Below are positions 12,396 to 26,035 of a stretch of DNA of 64,000 nucleotides, piece by piece. The stretch is from Squalus acanthias (Eukaryota): assembly GCA_030390025.1 (NCBI GenBank), contig CM059432.1, forward strand, positions 20,152,001 through 20,216,000, in the 5' to 3' direction. A model generated the notes under the pieces. That model did no database searches and had not been told where the DNA came from. It saw nothing but the letters and a program-made list of their open reading frames with translations. Both the position numbers and the translations under genes were made by a program. The number at the start of each line of letters is the position of its first letter. The first letter of the stretch is position 1.

Positions 12396-12989
12396 TAGCG
12401 TATGATTTCACCTCTCCTGACAGCCCTCTAATATCTCAACCAAGTGGCATGCTTCATTATATGAGCCTAGAAAATGAATGCTAGTAGGCTGATTGATCGT
12501 GAGGGCTGCTGAGACTGATCTTGTTCCCATTTGACATCCTAGCATGCATAGAGAATCTGGAGTGGCTAGCATAAGGACGTGGAGGGCAACTGTTGTGGTC
12601 TTTCTAGTGTCCTGGTTAAATTAGTTCATGCAGCACAGACTGGAAATTGAACCTGGTACTTTCTGATCAGTATGCCTTATTTCATTCATTTGCTCTCAGG
12701 ACATGAGTGACACCGGCAATCGGGTTCCCAACCCTTCCACTTTCGGCGGGAGTCTACCGGAATAGGCGATTGGCCTCCCAGGTGCTGCTGCTGGCAACTC
12801 GGGAGAAACGGTCCTTCTAGGCGCGATTCGGGCACGTGCCGTACCCTGCCTGTCATGGTTTACAACTGAACCCCGCTGTCTGAGCCCGACTGGTCTCCCT
12901 GTTATTCGGAGTGCACCACTTCATTACCGGTTGTGAGGATGACGCCATTGGGGCCAATGAGAATCATTGGAAACTCCGTGGAACAACTG

Positions 12990-13325
12990 AGAGAGGGAGA
13001 AACACAAACGTGTTGGGGGGGGGGGGGGGAAGAGATAAACACAAACTGAGGGAGGGGGGGAGAGAGAGAGAGAGAAACACAAACTCAAGAGAGTGAGAGT
13101 GAAAAACAAATGGGAGGGAGAGAGAGAGAAACACAAACTGGGGGAGGGAGAGAGAGAGAAACACAAACTGGGGGAGGGAGAGAGAGAGAAACACAAACTG
13201 GGGGAGGGAGAGAGAGAGAAACACAAACTGGGGGAGGGAGAGAGAGAAACACAAACTGGGGGAGGGAGAGAGGGAGAAACACAAACTGGGGGAGGGAGAG
13301 AGAGAAACACAAACAGGAGGAGGGA
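12990..13325. repeat. About 28-30-bp GA-rich minisatellite (gagagagaaacacaaactgggggaggga)
   Basis: Directly visible tandem units inside the hAT element. It explains the repetitive ORFs at 12911-13460. Confidence 0.95.
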
Positions 13326-13562
13326 GAATTCATGTCGGCCTGTGATGTGCACTGTTGTATAATGTGTTTTATTACGTCAGTTGAGCAGCTTTGGTGCTTC
13401 TCCCTGAGGACTGAGTCTCACCTCCCTGAAGCTGGGCTTCAGCGGTGTGGGAGTCAGTGAATTGAATTAGGGTTAGTTTTGGTTTTATTTAATATTGTAT
13501 AACTTGCTGTGTATTTTTAAAAGTCATGAAATTGTACAAAAACTTTAGTTCGAAGTTATTTA

Positions 13563-13996
13563 CAGGAAACTCTTGTTTAACCGGCACCTAAATATCCGGA
13601 ATTCTCTCTTAACCGGCAAAAATCATACTCCGAAAACTCCTCTCAAATAACCGGCAATGTTGCCGAGTCCGAGTCTCCCGCGAACGCCGAGTTAGGCAGT
13701 GGGGGTAGTTCTCCAAAGTGCCACTACTCGGCCTCCTGGCGCTGTCGGAAGTCCGAACACTGCAGTAACAGGAGTCTGATTCTCCCACGCTGCCGGGAGT
13801 CTCTTCTGATCGGCCATTTTACTGTGTGTCTCCCGCGCAGGTGAGTACCCAAATACTGTATACTGCACATTTCTTGATTTTTTTATTTTTGTTTGTTAAA
13901 AATAGCCTCGGTAGATATAACTCTCCGTTATCCGGAACTTTTGATCAACCGGCACCATGCCGGTCCCGTCGGTGCCGGATACCAAAGAGTTTCCTG
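13563..13996. mobile_element. Tc1/mariner (pogo/Tigger-type) MITE nested in the hAT element
   Basis: TIRs caggaaactctt..ccggcacc / ggtgccgg..aagagtttcctg, flanked by TA on both sides. Confidence 0.85.
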
Positions 13997-14322
13997 TATA
14001 TGTTTTTGTTGAAACAGTGTTATTTACTTGGTGTTTCTCATTGCTGTCGGTACTGTAGAAACATCACAGAAGTCGTTTTTAATTAAACATTACTTACCAT
14101 TAAATCTTTCTATTCTTTCTTTGATTTATAAATTATGTTATTCATCTCACTATAAAACAAAAAAATCAAATATTTCATTCTGGGTTTGGAGATACTTAAG
14201 ACACTCAACTATAGTAAATACAAATGCATTTGCAATCAGTGGGCAAATGTCATGTGATCAAATGTCACATCATCAGATCTCCAGGAATATGTCAAACCAG
14301 AGTTGGCAACCCTAACTGGCAA

Positions 14323-14680
14323 TGCCCCATGTATTGCCCATTCCTAGCTGTCCCGAGAAAGTGATGGTGAGCCTTCTTCTTTCAACTGTTTCTTTTTTTT
14401 TTTAACAACTTAGTGGCATTCTACGTCATCTCAGAGACCATGAACAATCAATGACGTATTGTGGGACGAAAGTCCTGTATAGGCCAGACCAGGTAGGGGT
14501 TGAAAACTTGCTTCCCTGAAGGAATCAGTGGAGTTTTTACGCAATCCAGCAGTTTTTATGGTCATTTTCCCCTGGTGCTTTTGCAGCAGATAAATGACCA
14601 GATGTATTGAATTAAATGTCACAATTTGTCCTGGTGGGATCTAGACTCAGTACCATAACCATTTAAGTACCACTATCCAC
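14323..14680 (-). mobile_element. Older copy of the LINE-B-related SINE
   Basis: Diverged body ('ggccagaccaggtagg..cttccctgaagg') plus the LINE-B-type tail. Homologous to 38668-39092. Confidence 0.7.
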
Positions 14681-15756
14681 TTAACCATGAGGCGAGCTAC
14701 ATAGTGTACAATTTTTTTTGCCACACGTGAACGCTGTAGCAAAGGTTTGCAGCCCCGTTTGATTTGTCCGCTCAGAATACTCTCGCTTGTTAATTTAAAT
14801 TCGAAGAACATTCAATCCACCTCAGCCTTGGGTTTTGGATAAAGCTATCTACCTGACCTTCTGGCCCTTATGAATAACAATTTCAATTTGAAACTGTCAA
14901 ATTGTTATTATTTTGTTCCCCAAACTGTAATTTCTCGCACAAATATGATACCATAAACTGTACAGCCCTTTGGAGTAGTGTTATTACTTTTGTCTCATCA
15001 TATACTTTTGCAAGCTGATTCACATCAATTTCTGATTACATTTCTTAGCTCCCCCCTCCCCAGCCCCCCCAACCCCGCCGCCTCCCAAACTCACACCGAC
15101 CCACTCCTCCCACCAGTCACCATTTATCATTTCTTTTGCTAGTCTCACTGCAGGGAATAAAGTCTCTCTCCTTCCCAGAATAGGCTGCACCACGGACTGG
15201 ATTCAATTTCTTACAAAGGAGGAAACAAAAGTGCCGTGAATATGTGGAGCAAAGGGAGCTATTCCGCGCTCAATACACTCCAGGGAGCCAGATTTTAACT
15301 GTAGCTGACAACTGAAGGAAAATAGTCAAAAGAATGTCAAACTGCGGGCTCTTTATTGCACAGGCTGAAATACCAGCACTGCATAGTGTATATTTCAATT
15401 CCAGATATAGCTACCTTGGTGTTATTGGCAGAATAGACCGAGAAAGATTGAACTTCACCGCTTTAGAAGCCACAAGTGGACAGAATATCAATGATTTATT
15501 TCTGGCAGTTCTCTGAACCTGACCTTTTCTTTTATTCCTTAAATTCTGATTATATGTTCACGTATTTTAAATAACAGACATTGTGCTGTATTGCACACTG
15601 TAAAAAATACTCAAATTAACACAGCTTCCCTGCATTCTATTCCTCTCCATATAATTTACATCACACAGTAAAGGTTTCTGTCATTACTACACTCTGTCTC
15701 TCAGTCCTATTCCTCTCAGTTTAACTTACTGCCCAGGGTAAAGGTTCCTATCATTC

Positions 15757-16218
15757 ATAAGAACATAAGAAATAGGAGCAGGAGTAGGCCATTTGGCCCC
15801 TCGAGCCTGTTCCGCCATTCAATAAGATCATGGCTGATCTTCGACCTCATCTCCACTTTCCTGCACTATCCCCATATCCCTTGATTCCCTTAATATTCAA
15901 AAATCTATTGATCTCTGTCTTGAATATACTCAACGACTGAGCCTCCACAGCCCTCTGGGGTAGAGAATTCCAGAGATTCACCACCCTCTGAGTGAAGAAA
16001 TTTCTCCTCATCTCAGTCCTGAATGGCCGACCTCTTATTCTGAGACTGTGACCCCTGGCTCTAGACTCCCCAGCCATGGGAAACGTCCTCCCTGCATCTA
16101 CCCTATCAAGCCCTGTAAGAATTTTGTATGTTTCAATGAGATCACCTCTCATTCTTCTAAACTCTGGAGAATATAGGCCAAGTCTACTCAATCTCTCCTC
16201 ATAGGACAATCCCCTCAT
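15757..16218 (-). mobile_element. CR1 3' fragment
   Basis: ORF 15847..16239(-) encodes the CR1 ORF2 C-terminus. The tail ends in cataagaacataag on the plus strand. Confidence 0.95.
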
Positions 16219-16239
16219 CATGTCTCTGTCTCTCAACAA

Positions 16240-16660
16240 ATATGATTCTTTCTCTTGCTTTTTATTTAAAAAATCCCCCTAATTGCTTTTATTTAAAGAA
16301 TCACTCTCCCTTGTTTGTGCACGATAATCTTTGTCTTAACACCTATCCTTTGTGCGTAATTAGTTTCTAAAAATCTCCCTTGCGTTTTTTAAATAAATTC
16401 CTCTCATACCTTTTTTAAACCCCCCAACGATTTTTTTAAAGTCCCTTTCTAGTGCTGCTTTAATAAAAGTCCGCTCCCATGCTTATTTTTCCAAAGCCAT
16501 CTTCTATTTATTTAATCCCTCTCCCATGTTTTTATCTTAAAATCGTTATCCCATTTTTTAATCCCTCTCCTGTCCGCTTTTTAAATCCTTCTTGCATGCA
16601 TTTTTTTAAAAAAAACAGTCCTCTCCCATACAATTTTAAAAAATCCGTCTTCCATGCTTT
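16240..16660. repeat. Degenerate pyrimidine/AT-rich tandem repeat
   Basis: Recurring 'tttt(t)aaa(a)atccc(t)ctc..tgc' units of about 25-30 bp. Confidence 0.6.
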
Positions 16661-16858
16661 GTCAGACACGACAAAGGCACTGACAACCCAGTCGACCCTG
16701 CAAAGTCCTCCTCACTAACACCTAGGGACTTGTGCCAAATTTGGGAGAGCTGTCCCACAGACAAGTCAAGCAACAGCCTGACACAGTCATACTCACAGAA
16801 AAATGCCCACCCGTTTCAGTCAGTAGGCCACTTTTAATATGCAAATTGCAGTCCTATG

Positions 16859-17224
16859 TAGGGTTGTCAGCTCTGGTCGGACATATTCATGGAGGTCACG
16901 TCACATAACCACCCGCCTCCAACTGCCCCACCCCAACGTTCCGCCATTGGTCACCCGACACATCCATCCACATGCGCCCCACCCCCCTCCTTCCCACGCC
17001 AATTGGAAAGCGAACAGACTCTTTGTTATCCAATTGGATGATCCTTGACCACTATTTTAATAACTAATGCACAAAAGTGTTCAAAGAAAATGAAAAAAAA
17101 ACACCACACAATTTTTTTTAAATGTCCTGATGATTTTCTTCCTGTGTTACTTGCAGCAGTATCCGGGAGATTGATCTTTAATGCCTGGCCACTCCAGGGC
17201 AATCCTGGAGGTTTGGGAACCCAA
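16859..17224. mobile_element. Non-autonomous hAT element
   Basis: Perfect 8-bp TSD gtcctatg (16851-16858, 17225-17232). Ends tagggttgtc / gggaacccaa. It is inserted in a GC-rich element spanning about 16800-17655. Confidence 0.85.
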
Positions 17225-20204
17225 GTCCTATGACATGCACAGGACCCCGAGTTCCATTTTAGGTCAGCACTGGTCAGAGCGCACGCCGTTAAGTATTAAT
17301 GGCGGTAGAGGCCGTAGCAAAGTTTATGTTTGAAATTATTTTCGTGGGGACGAGGAGGAGTAAGTCTGCCCCTCCCGGCCCCATGGAAACAATCCAGGCT
17401 GCTGCTACCCCGGGGCTCCTTCTCTCCAGAATCGCAACCGCCCTCGGCTTGTCAGCGGGCGGCCTTCGGGCTGCCTGACACTGCACCGGTCCGAATCCGG
17501 ACAGCTGCACGGAACACCCGTTTGGGGCGGACTGCTTGCCTTAATCTGGTTCTGGGCTCCTCGCTGCCGGAATGGAGCAAGGGGCCGGGGAGGGGGGTGG
17601 TGCAGCCTTTTCCGTGAATTTCTTACCACTATGGGATTCTACAGAATTTGAACTGTTTCTTGGAAGTTTTGAATTGAATTTTCTTTTTGTTCAGGAGCTT
17701 CAAACGGATCAGTTTCCTCCCTGAAATTTTAAAACTGAATCTTTGATTTAAACAGAAGAGAATATTTTCTCTCTCTCCTGGAAAAACAGTTCTTCCAAGA
17801 TTGTAACATTTTAATCAGAACTGTCAGTCATGCACAAACCACACCAATCAAACAACATTGCTGTGAGAGTTTTTAATCTTTTTAGCCTTTAACCAATAAA
17901 ATGTGAACTGTTGAAATAAACTCCACACAATAATCTGCACTGCAGTCCCCTACCCATAATAGAAGTCCACTTGCTGTGCTCTTTTAAAAATTAAAAATAA
18001 AAAGCCCTGTTCGGCCATGCTGTTTTTGAAATCCTGCTCTGACTGATTGACAGAACCACTGAGACAAAATTAGAGATTTGGGCCTAGTTTTGATATGGTG
18101 CCGTTCCTTTAAATCCAGTTAACTGGTTTAAACACCATCAGAGCCAGACGTATTTCTTAAGGCGCCAATCGACGAGCCGCATCAGGATGCCCAATTGGCA
18201 TCTGCAGCTTGCTGGTTTAATGCAGATGAGATCTGAGGCCCAATTTTGATCTAGCCTTGAGCTGACGCCTTTAGGCGCGCACTCCAATTACAACGCCCAT
18301 TTTGCGCTGGTTCCTTGCGGTACTCTAACCTCTCCCCCCAGAGTGTTATTTGGTGGGGTGCAGGTTGGGAACGTATGTGAACCATGGAATCGGAAAGTTT
18401 CCTGCAAATTTATCCAATGAGCATTGAGCGATGGCCTTGGGTGGAACATTGCCTGGGCAACCCTCCAATGGCCTTACAATCATTTTGTCAGCAGTTGCAT
18501 CTCTAGCTCCCAACATTAATAATCTCTCTGTTTCTTAAACTTATTGCACATATTAAATGTTCCTACCATTAATGTTCTTTGTCCGTTAGTCCCATCCCTC
18601 TCAGCTCAACCTAATGCACACAGTGAAAGTTACTATTAATGATCTGTTAGTCCTATCCCTAGTTCTAAATTATCAGTCCTCAAGCATTTGTAACAATTAG
18701 AGCTGGTATTATATTGAGGGATGCGCTCCAGAAAAATATCCCATTCCTCATCTTCGATGCATCGTGCAGCCAGTGAAGAGTATTAAAGCTAACAAGGGAG
18801 ATCGATATATTGGCCAAAATAATTGAACAATTGTTGCTGATTTTGCACCACTGCTGAATTTAAAGTAGAAAGGGTTTGTTTTTTTGAAGCTAACATCGCT
18901 GTTACAGATCGCTAAGTGTAGGCTATATACACTCGAGAAGTAAGGCAGACTGATGGCGGCTTCAGGATAAATTTATGTTCATGGCAAAGTAGGGTATGCC
19001 TGGCCAATAATAAATCAGAAGACTGGTGTATATCATGTGTTTTACAACAATAATAGCTTTGAGAGAAAATTCAAGATTCCATTGCAACAATCTCATTGAA
19101 TATACTGGAACATTAGGAGCAAGGAGGGAAAGTCAGGTGGATCTCTATCAATCAAGAATACCCGTGTTCACAAGATAACAGATGGGGGAAGCCATTCAAC
19201 CCATTTTAGCTGATTCATCGTTTGGGGAGAAAAACAACCCAGAGTCCTTAATCACGCCATCTTTATCTTGTGGAACGAGGCCATTGAAGCAGACATTATA
19301 AGTGGGTTCGATAGACAAATGGATGCATTTCTTGCGAGAGATGGGATTGAGCGATGTGGTAAGGAGGTCAGTAGATGGTGCTGATCCATGAAGAAGGGAT
19401 GGGCTTGTTGGTCCCAATGGACTTCTCTTGTTCCGAAAAACTCTTGTGTTATTTACAATGCTCATTAGATAACTACAATGCTAGGTTTTTCTCACTGTGC
19501 TCTAGTGGAATAGCAATGAATAAGTTAACATGTTTTCTAATGCAACAGAGAACTACGTCCCACAATTTAATGTACTGAAAGTCCTCAATTCAGTATAAAA
19601 CATGCTGGAATTTTCAACATCAGTCGATAAATTTTACCTGTCAACTCCTTTTTAAAAAAACACATTTCACACTGTGCGGCTGCACAATTTCTACTGTTTT
19701 CCTCTCATCTTTGAGAGGAGATCCTAAACAGTTCACGTACCACGTTTGATATCATCTAATTCATACAATGAAAGCACACCTTTAGCTTGCGCTGATTTAG
19801 CTGGTCACATTTGGGGAGGTGTTAGAAGAGCGCTTTGGCCAGGGAGAAGAAAAAGGAAAGTAAAATCAGCTTGGCTTCTCACTTCTGATCTCTATCCAAT
19901 GATACCTGATGGAAACTGCAAATGCGGGTGTCGGGAAGGGAGGATCAGGCTTACCTGTGAGGCACCCCATGGCTAAATCACTCATTAGCCTCAAACAAGA
20001 ATTTTGGGCACTTGGACGAAATACTGGAGAGCAGCCAGTGCCCACAGAATTGCACCCCAGATAGATTAACACTTGCAGGGAGCAGGTGAGGAAACTGGAA
20101 GGAAAAATGAAAACCATTGTGAATTAACGCCTACTGCCTCAGCCAATGCGAACACCGTTTCTAAATAATTAATGGCTTGCATAAATCCAGGAATTCAGGA
20201 GACG

Positions 20205-20592
20205 GGAAGGAACACTGAACTTTCAGCTTCTGGAACCTGGGTTCAAATCCAGCCCAGGCTGAGGAGATGGGAAATTTGAGTTATAAGGGTCCTGAATGCA
20301 ATGCTTAAAGCCGTCTCAGCTTGCTCTCAAATAAGTGCGGGTCCATCGCACTGAGATGCATAACACTTAGCACGAATTGACATTAAGCCGAGGGGTGTAC
20401 TCTGAGAGCGTGCAATGGGAAATGGGAACTTCACATTGATGCAGGAGGAGGTTGTCTTTTGATGTAGGGGCTAAGTCGCAATGTTTGAGCGAGGGACCTT
20501 TACTCTGAAACTAACCTGTGCTATACCTGATCAGCTTGATGCTGACTCTGGGTGGAAAAATAGAGAGCACTCCATTTTCCAACACTAACATC
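20205..20592 (+). mobile_element. LF-SINE-like relic
   Basis: Head 'ctgggttcaaatccagcccagg', then 'cttagcacgaattgaca' and 'tgtgctatacctg', in LF-SINE order. The 3' part matches the inverted copy at about 51258-51560. Confidence 0.55.
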
Positions 20593-21479
20593 TGATAAGT
20601 AACAGAAAAAAAAAATCAATGCTCCGCCAAAAAGAGAGTAAAATTGATTGGCTCGTTACATCATTTCCCAGGAGAGAGCCACATTCTCAGAATATCCGAC
20701 CAGGATTAAATATTAAACTGTAAGAATTGATTTTAAATTCTGGCTCACATGGATTCTAACACTAATGGCTCCTGTGTCTGAATGAACAGATTCAGTTCTT
20801 TAATATGGGTCTATTAGGTCATTAAAGTGTAAGTTTGTTACCTAGTACTTTAACATGCTCTCCATCTTCCAGTGCAAAACTTGCACCTCCAGTGTTATAC
20901 CTTGTGCACAAATTACAGACCTGGCTGCAGAGATGCAAAATGAATCAAATGCTTTTCACGAGAGCCACGTTTACACATCATGGGGAGACGGGCAATCTGT
21001 AGAGCACAGATGAATCTGTGACTTGTCAGATTGTGTCACATATGCAGTACTAGTGGTCCTGAAGGGCTTCTGAAGCAGCGTGCTTCACTAACCAGTCACG
21101 GCGTCACATCAGGGACTCCCTGTCGTAACTGAGAACACTAGCAGCCAGTTAACAAGTGAGTTATAAGTAAGTGAGTTGCAAAGCTGTGTGAAGCAATTGC
21201 ATAAGGGAGACGATACAAAACTCAACATTATGCAGCATAACAGAAAGAAGATTATTATCGCTATATATCAGCCAGAAAAATAAATCCCAATATCGCTGCA
21301 CACCACCTGCTCGATCTATCTCCTTTTCTGTCCTACTCTTATTAAACGTGGTGGTGTCCTGTGCTATGGGGTTTTTGCTTGTCACCTAAATGTCTTCATT
21401 TTTAAAAATGAGCCTGGAAAGTAAATCCTAATGTTACTTCTTGCCCAACAAATGCCTTTGAGTTCCTGGTACATGCATA

Positions 21480-21853
21480 CGGCAAGAGAACCCCAGGTGG
21501 GCAGAGGAGACGCTTCAAGGACACCCTCAAAGCCTCCTTGAAAAAGTGCAACATCCCCACTGACACCTGGGAATCCCTGGCCCAAGACTGCACAAAGTAG
21601 AGGAGAAGCATCCGGGAAGGCGCCGAACACCTCAAGTCTCTTCGCCGGGAGCAAGCGGAAGCCAAGCGCAAACAGCGGAAGGAGCGCACGTCAACCCAAG
21701 AACCCCACCCACCCGCCCCTTCAACCACCGTCTGCCCCACCTGTGACAGAGACTGTAGGTCCCGCATTGGACTCATCAGTCACCTGAGAACTCATTTTTA
21801 GTGTGGAAGCAAGTCATCCTCAGTTCGGAGGGACTGCCTAAGAAGAGAAGACG
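21480..21853 (+). mobile_element. RTE-clade LINE 3' end
   Basis: Encodes GKRTPGGQRRRFKDTLKASL and the terminal CPTCDRDCRSRIGLISHLRTH. (AAG)-like tail. TSD acatgcata (21471-21479, 21854-21862). Confidence 0.9.
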
Positions 21854-24800
21854 ACATGCATATGAATCGCCTTGTAAAGGCAGAAGCCATTTCATTTTTA
21901 TATACAATAAAGAATAACAGAGTCTTGAGTGGAGAATCTGTTCCAGCACATCTCAAGAGTTGAGGTGAATTTCATTGAGTGCTTAAGCTTTGCTCTCTCA
22001 AACGATAGCATCATACGACACACCAATATTGCCTTGTATCATGCTCCAAGTTGTGTATCACCCTATACGTAATGCGCTTAGAATCACTCCTCATACACAC
22101 AGCTACAATTTTGGAGACTTAAAAGTGTCCAGACAGAGAGGCATCATAATTAATACCGAATGCTGAACTATAGACATTTACCTTGAGTGTTGATTAATCT
22201 AGATTGCAGCATTAGACTAATACCGTGGAGTTGTTGAATAATATGTGTACTCTGCAAAAATAGCAGAAATTTTATTATCGAAGTAATACCTGTGGTTATT
22301 CATTCTCTCAGGAGATTGAATACATTCACAAAACCCCAACATTGCCAACTGTATGGTCGTTAGTTGGCTCAAAGGGCTGAAAGGCATTTTCTTGTTTTGT
22401 ATTTTCTTATCCAAGGTACTGAGACATTGCTCCGTTACTCATGTAACAAAATTCCCAAACATGTCTGTAATTAAATCCCTGCCCAACTGATAAGATATCA
22501 AAATTGAACACAGCAAAGAAAGCCCGCCCAATTTCCACATCCCTTCAACAGCAAAAATGAACAGCGCAAACCTAGCGGTCCTCTTTTGCCCCGATTTTCT
22601 CCATTACTCTCCTAGAAGTACGGTTCCACAGTCGTTAACCGCCCTCAGATATCTTCCCTAAGTGGATGCTTTTCATGTGTGAGCCTGCATCAGGAGCAGC
22701 AGCAAACTATTTGACCCAGATGACTAGCCGAGACCCTTCCTGTTCTCACCTAATACCCACAAACGCACACTAACCAACAGTGGTCATTGGAGAGCAATCG
22801 TAGCTAATATTTCCTCCCTCTACCACAAGCACAATGGACCAGTTGTAACACTACCGAGCACCATTCTGGCTGAGAACAACTAACGCAGCACACACCAGAG
22901 GCTGAAAGCAGGACCTTACTTGTCTGTACGTCTCAGCTTCACACTGCCTTTATCAAATGAGCCGTAGCCTCGTTTTATATTTTCACTATTGGGTGCAAAC
23001 TTGAGTCATACTATTACTATTTAGAACATAAGAAATAGGAGCAGGAGTAGGCCATTTGGCCCTTCGAGCTTGCTCCGCTATTTACTATCACTATCACCTC
23101 TACCACTTCTTACATTTCTGTAGCACTTCTCATGTAAAGAACAATGTCTCACTGCTTTACAATAAAGCAGCAGGAAAAAGAAAGGTAAAATACAGAGGTG
23201 GTGGTGAAAGCAGGCAGTACAGATGCACTATTGCAAGGGAATTCTGGGAGCAATGCCACTGCACATTCGATTACAACAAAATCTCCTGTAAATCATCAGT
23301 CTGTGGAAGTGCAGATTCAGGAGTTAACCAATTTTAGGCTGAATTTAGCAAATACTAGTAAAAGGAATTTAGAGAACATATTTCCCACCTTAACCCTCCA
23401 CCTTCCCCAAGCAGAGACACAATCTCGTCATTTCTCATCAAGCTTTGGTCAAAGGCCTCTTTTGTTGAGGCTCCATATTAACTTGGCACCATTTATCTGT
23501 CCCGTGCATACGCACAACAGGGGTGAGGAAGAAAGAGTTTAAGATTGCATTAGATATAGTTATCAGAGCAAATGTTCCTGCAGTGTTAATGTCGCTAACC
23601 CAGAGGCAATCATCCCACCAGAAAAACAGCCCATAAGATAAAATGTGTGTTGATATTCCAATTACATGGATAAAATGGAAAGATTAGTGCTTCTATTTAC
23701 CCAGTACTTTCTTTCCTGTGAAGTGAAGATAAATTCCTGGTGCGTTACCCAGACAACACAACCTTAACCTCAGTTACAGCCCAATTTACACAAAGCCAAC
23801 ATTTATATGTTGTCCTTGCTTCCGGGAGGATTTACTGATTTCTACTTGTTCCCACTAGCCTTTGTACATTTTGTTATATAAAAGGATTAAAAAAAAATCT
23901 CATTGCCACAGTTACAATAGACCAATTTCCCTCAATGCAGAAACCGCATGCTTTTCAATTGCTTTTGAATAGATCGCTTCAACTGCTTGTATGCCATTAG
24001 TTGCATCAAGTTTAATATCAATTTATACAATATAATCGTTACACAATGCAATCAAATTCATTCACATTTCCCCCACTTCACTTGTTGTTGCAAAAGTAAT
24101 TTCTGCTCTGAGACTGCATACTCTTGTCTTTAAGTGATTTTCACACAGTAATGTAGTGCAATTTACCCTCAGGTACAAAATCTTAAATCTTTTTCTGAAA
24201 ACATTTTCTTCTGTGTGAATTTTGCACTCATCAAGGCGAGGGGTATTAGAGTAGAAATTAAGAAAGAGAGACAATCTAAAATTAGAAACAGAAAATACTA
24301 CAACCACCAAGGGGTTTCCACTCAAGGCATTAACTTATCTTTTCGCATTCAAATGCTGATAGATTTCTTCATTGAGCAAAGCTGCCAAAAAGTGGGGTTG
24401 CAAGACTAAAACTGGTTGCCATGGCCTCTCTCTTCCCACTTGAGCTTTGTAGCTGCTGACTCTCTCAACTGCTTGAGTGCCAATCCCCTCCGTCCCCCAC
24501 CCAAGTCTTGACTGTGGAGGAACTGAGATAGTACATACTTGCTGGTGTTGCAGTCAACCTGCTCCACTCACCAATACAGTAAGCACATTCTTCTGTAAAG
24601 TCACAGTGAATGGAGCACATGTTGATTGCAACATCAGCTGATCTGTGTACTAGTTGGAACTTTGCTCCTAGTTAGGTTGGCAGGGAAAGGCAGAGCATTG
24701 TGACTGTCAGGTGGGTGGATGTGGAGAGACAGCATCAGCAACAGCACTTGGATTGAGAGAAGGAGACCATGGGACTCCAGAAAATGGCCAGGGAAAAGCA

Positions 24801-25639
24801 GAGGCAAAAGCTAGAATAGGCCCAGGATAACATACCATTGCACTCACTGTTAACAGGCAGATAAGAGGATTATCCCCATTTTGCCCACACATGTACGGGC
24901 TTCCCGAAGGCTCCGAAACCCGCCAGGGTCACCAAGGCAAGTAGTGGGTCTGCGGGGGTCGGAGGGGTGCAAACGTACGCTGTGAAGGTAAGTGATGGGT
25001 GCAAGTGTGGAGAGGTGAGTATGTGAGGTAAGTGGAAAGTGATAGAAAAAGTGTACTTACCTTTGTTTCTTCCTGCAGGCTTCAATCGGTGGGTATGCGG
25101 AGAGTCTCACACCTCCGCGGCAGAGATGACAGATGGCCGTTGCATTCTCCAATTCAACAACCATCTAATTTCTGCAAAAGAAAGAGGTTTGATGAATCTT
25201 GAATTCAAGAACTCATCAAACTACAGAGAATGTCAGTGTTTGACAGCTTCACAAAGCTGTCAAACGATGACAATTCATCTGTCAAAAATTGACAGATGAA
25301 ACGTCATACGTTGACGTTCTCTGTAACCAGCTTTCTCTTAATTGGCCTGCTCAGCCCGCTGGGCGGGCTTAACAAGGTCAATCAAGGGAAAATAGCGTGG
25401 GTTGGCCAGAAGTTGATGGAGGCGGGACTGAAACCCGACAAGTGGGAGTCCCGCCTCCAAAAGCTCCCCATTGGCATAATCCAGCCCCAGGATCTGGTCT
25501 GAAACTGTTCACTTCATATGTGAGCCTTAGAAAAGAGTCTCATTCCATCAATCTGGGCTGAATTTGAACTCAGTGTCTATTCCACTGCACCCCTCATTCC
25601 TGCTTTAATTAACTTATCATTCATTCAGTCATTGTCAAC

Positions 25640-26035
25640 CGTGCTCGCACTCTCACCACTGAGTCCAGAAACTCGAGCACAAAATCTAGGTGGACACTCC
25701 AGTGCAGTATTAAGGGAGTGCTGCACTGTCAGAGGTGCCATCTTTCAGATGAGATGTTAAACCAAGGTCCCTTCTATCCCCTCAGATGGGCGTAAAAGAT
25801 CCCACAGCACTATTTCGAAGGCAAGCAGGGGGAGTTCTGCAACAACATTAAAAGAACAGATTTACTGATCATTATCACATTAGTGTTTGTGGGACCTTAC
25901 TATGTGCAAATTGACTGCTGCGTTTCCTACATTACAAAAGTGACTGCACTTCTAAAGTACTTGATTGGCTGTAAAGCATTTTGAACGTCTTGAGGTCGTG
26001 AAAGGCACTGTATAAATGCAAGTCTTTCTTTCTTT
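25640..26035 (+). mobile_element. DeuSINE (SacSINE1-like)
   Basis: 'ccagtgcagta..gggagtgctgcactgtcagaggtgccatctttcagatgagatgttaaacc..tgtttgtgggacctt..ataaatgcaagtctttctt'. Partial copies at about 28080-28295, 43015-43233 and 47140-47250(-). Confidence 0.85.

Larger units (their letters stand above)
12720..14314. mobile_element. Non-autonomous hAT element (TAGGGTTGCCAAC-type ends)
   Basis: Ends tcgggttcccaac / gttggcaacccta. 8-bp TSD accggcaa (12712-12719) / actggcaa (14315-14322). It splits a LINE-B-type SINE tail. Confidence 0.85.

Noticed and set aside
12911..13460. Repetitive ORFs (EREKHKLG.., SLSPSPSLCF..)
   Set aside because: They are translations of a GA-rich minisatellite inside a hAT element.
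15182..15202. REST/NRSE-like 'gcaccacggac'
   Set aside because: Only the central core matches; conserved A positions and the flanks mismatch.
18108..18132. Near-palindrome tttaaatccagttaactggtttaaa
   Set aside because: It is short and lies in a probable decayed MITE, with no other support.
25061..25172. Minus-strand exon with strong splice signals
   Set aside because: Stops occur in all three frames, and it sits in a GC-rich MITE-like block full of GTAAGT motifs. A non-coding exon is not excluded.
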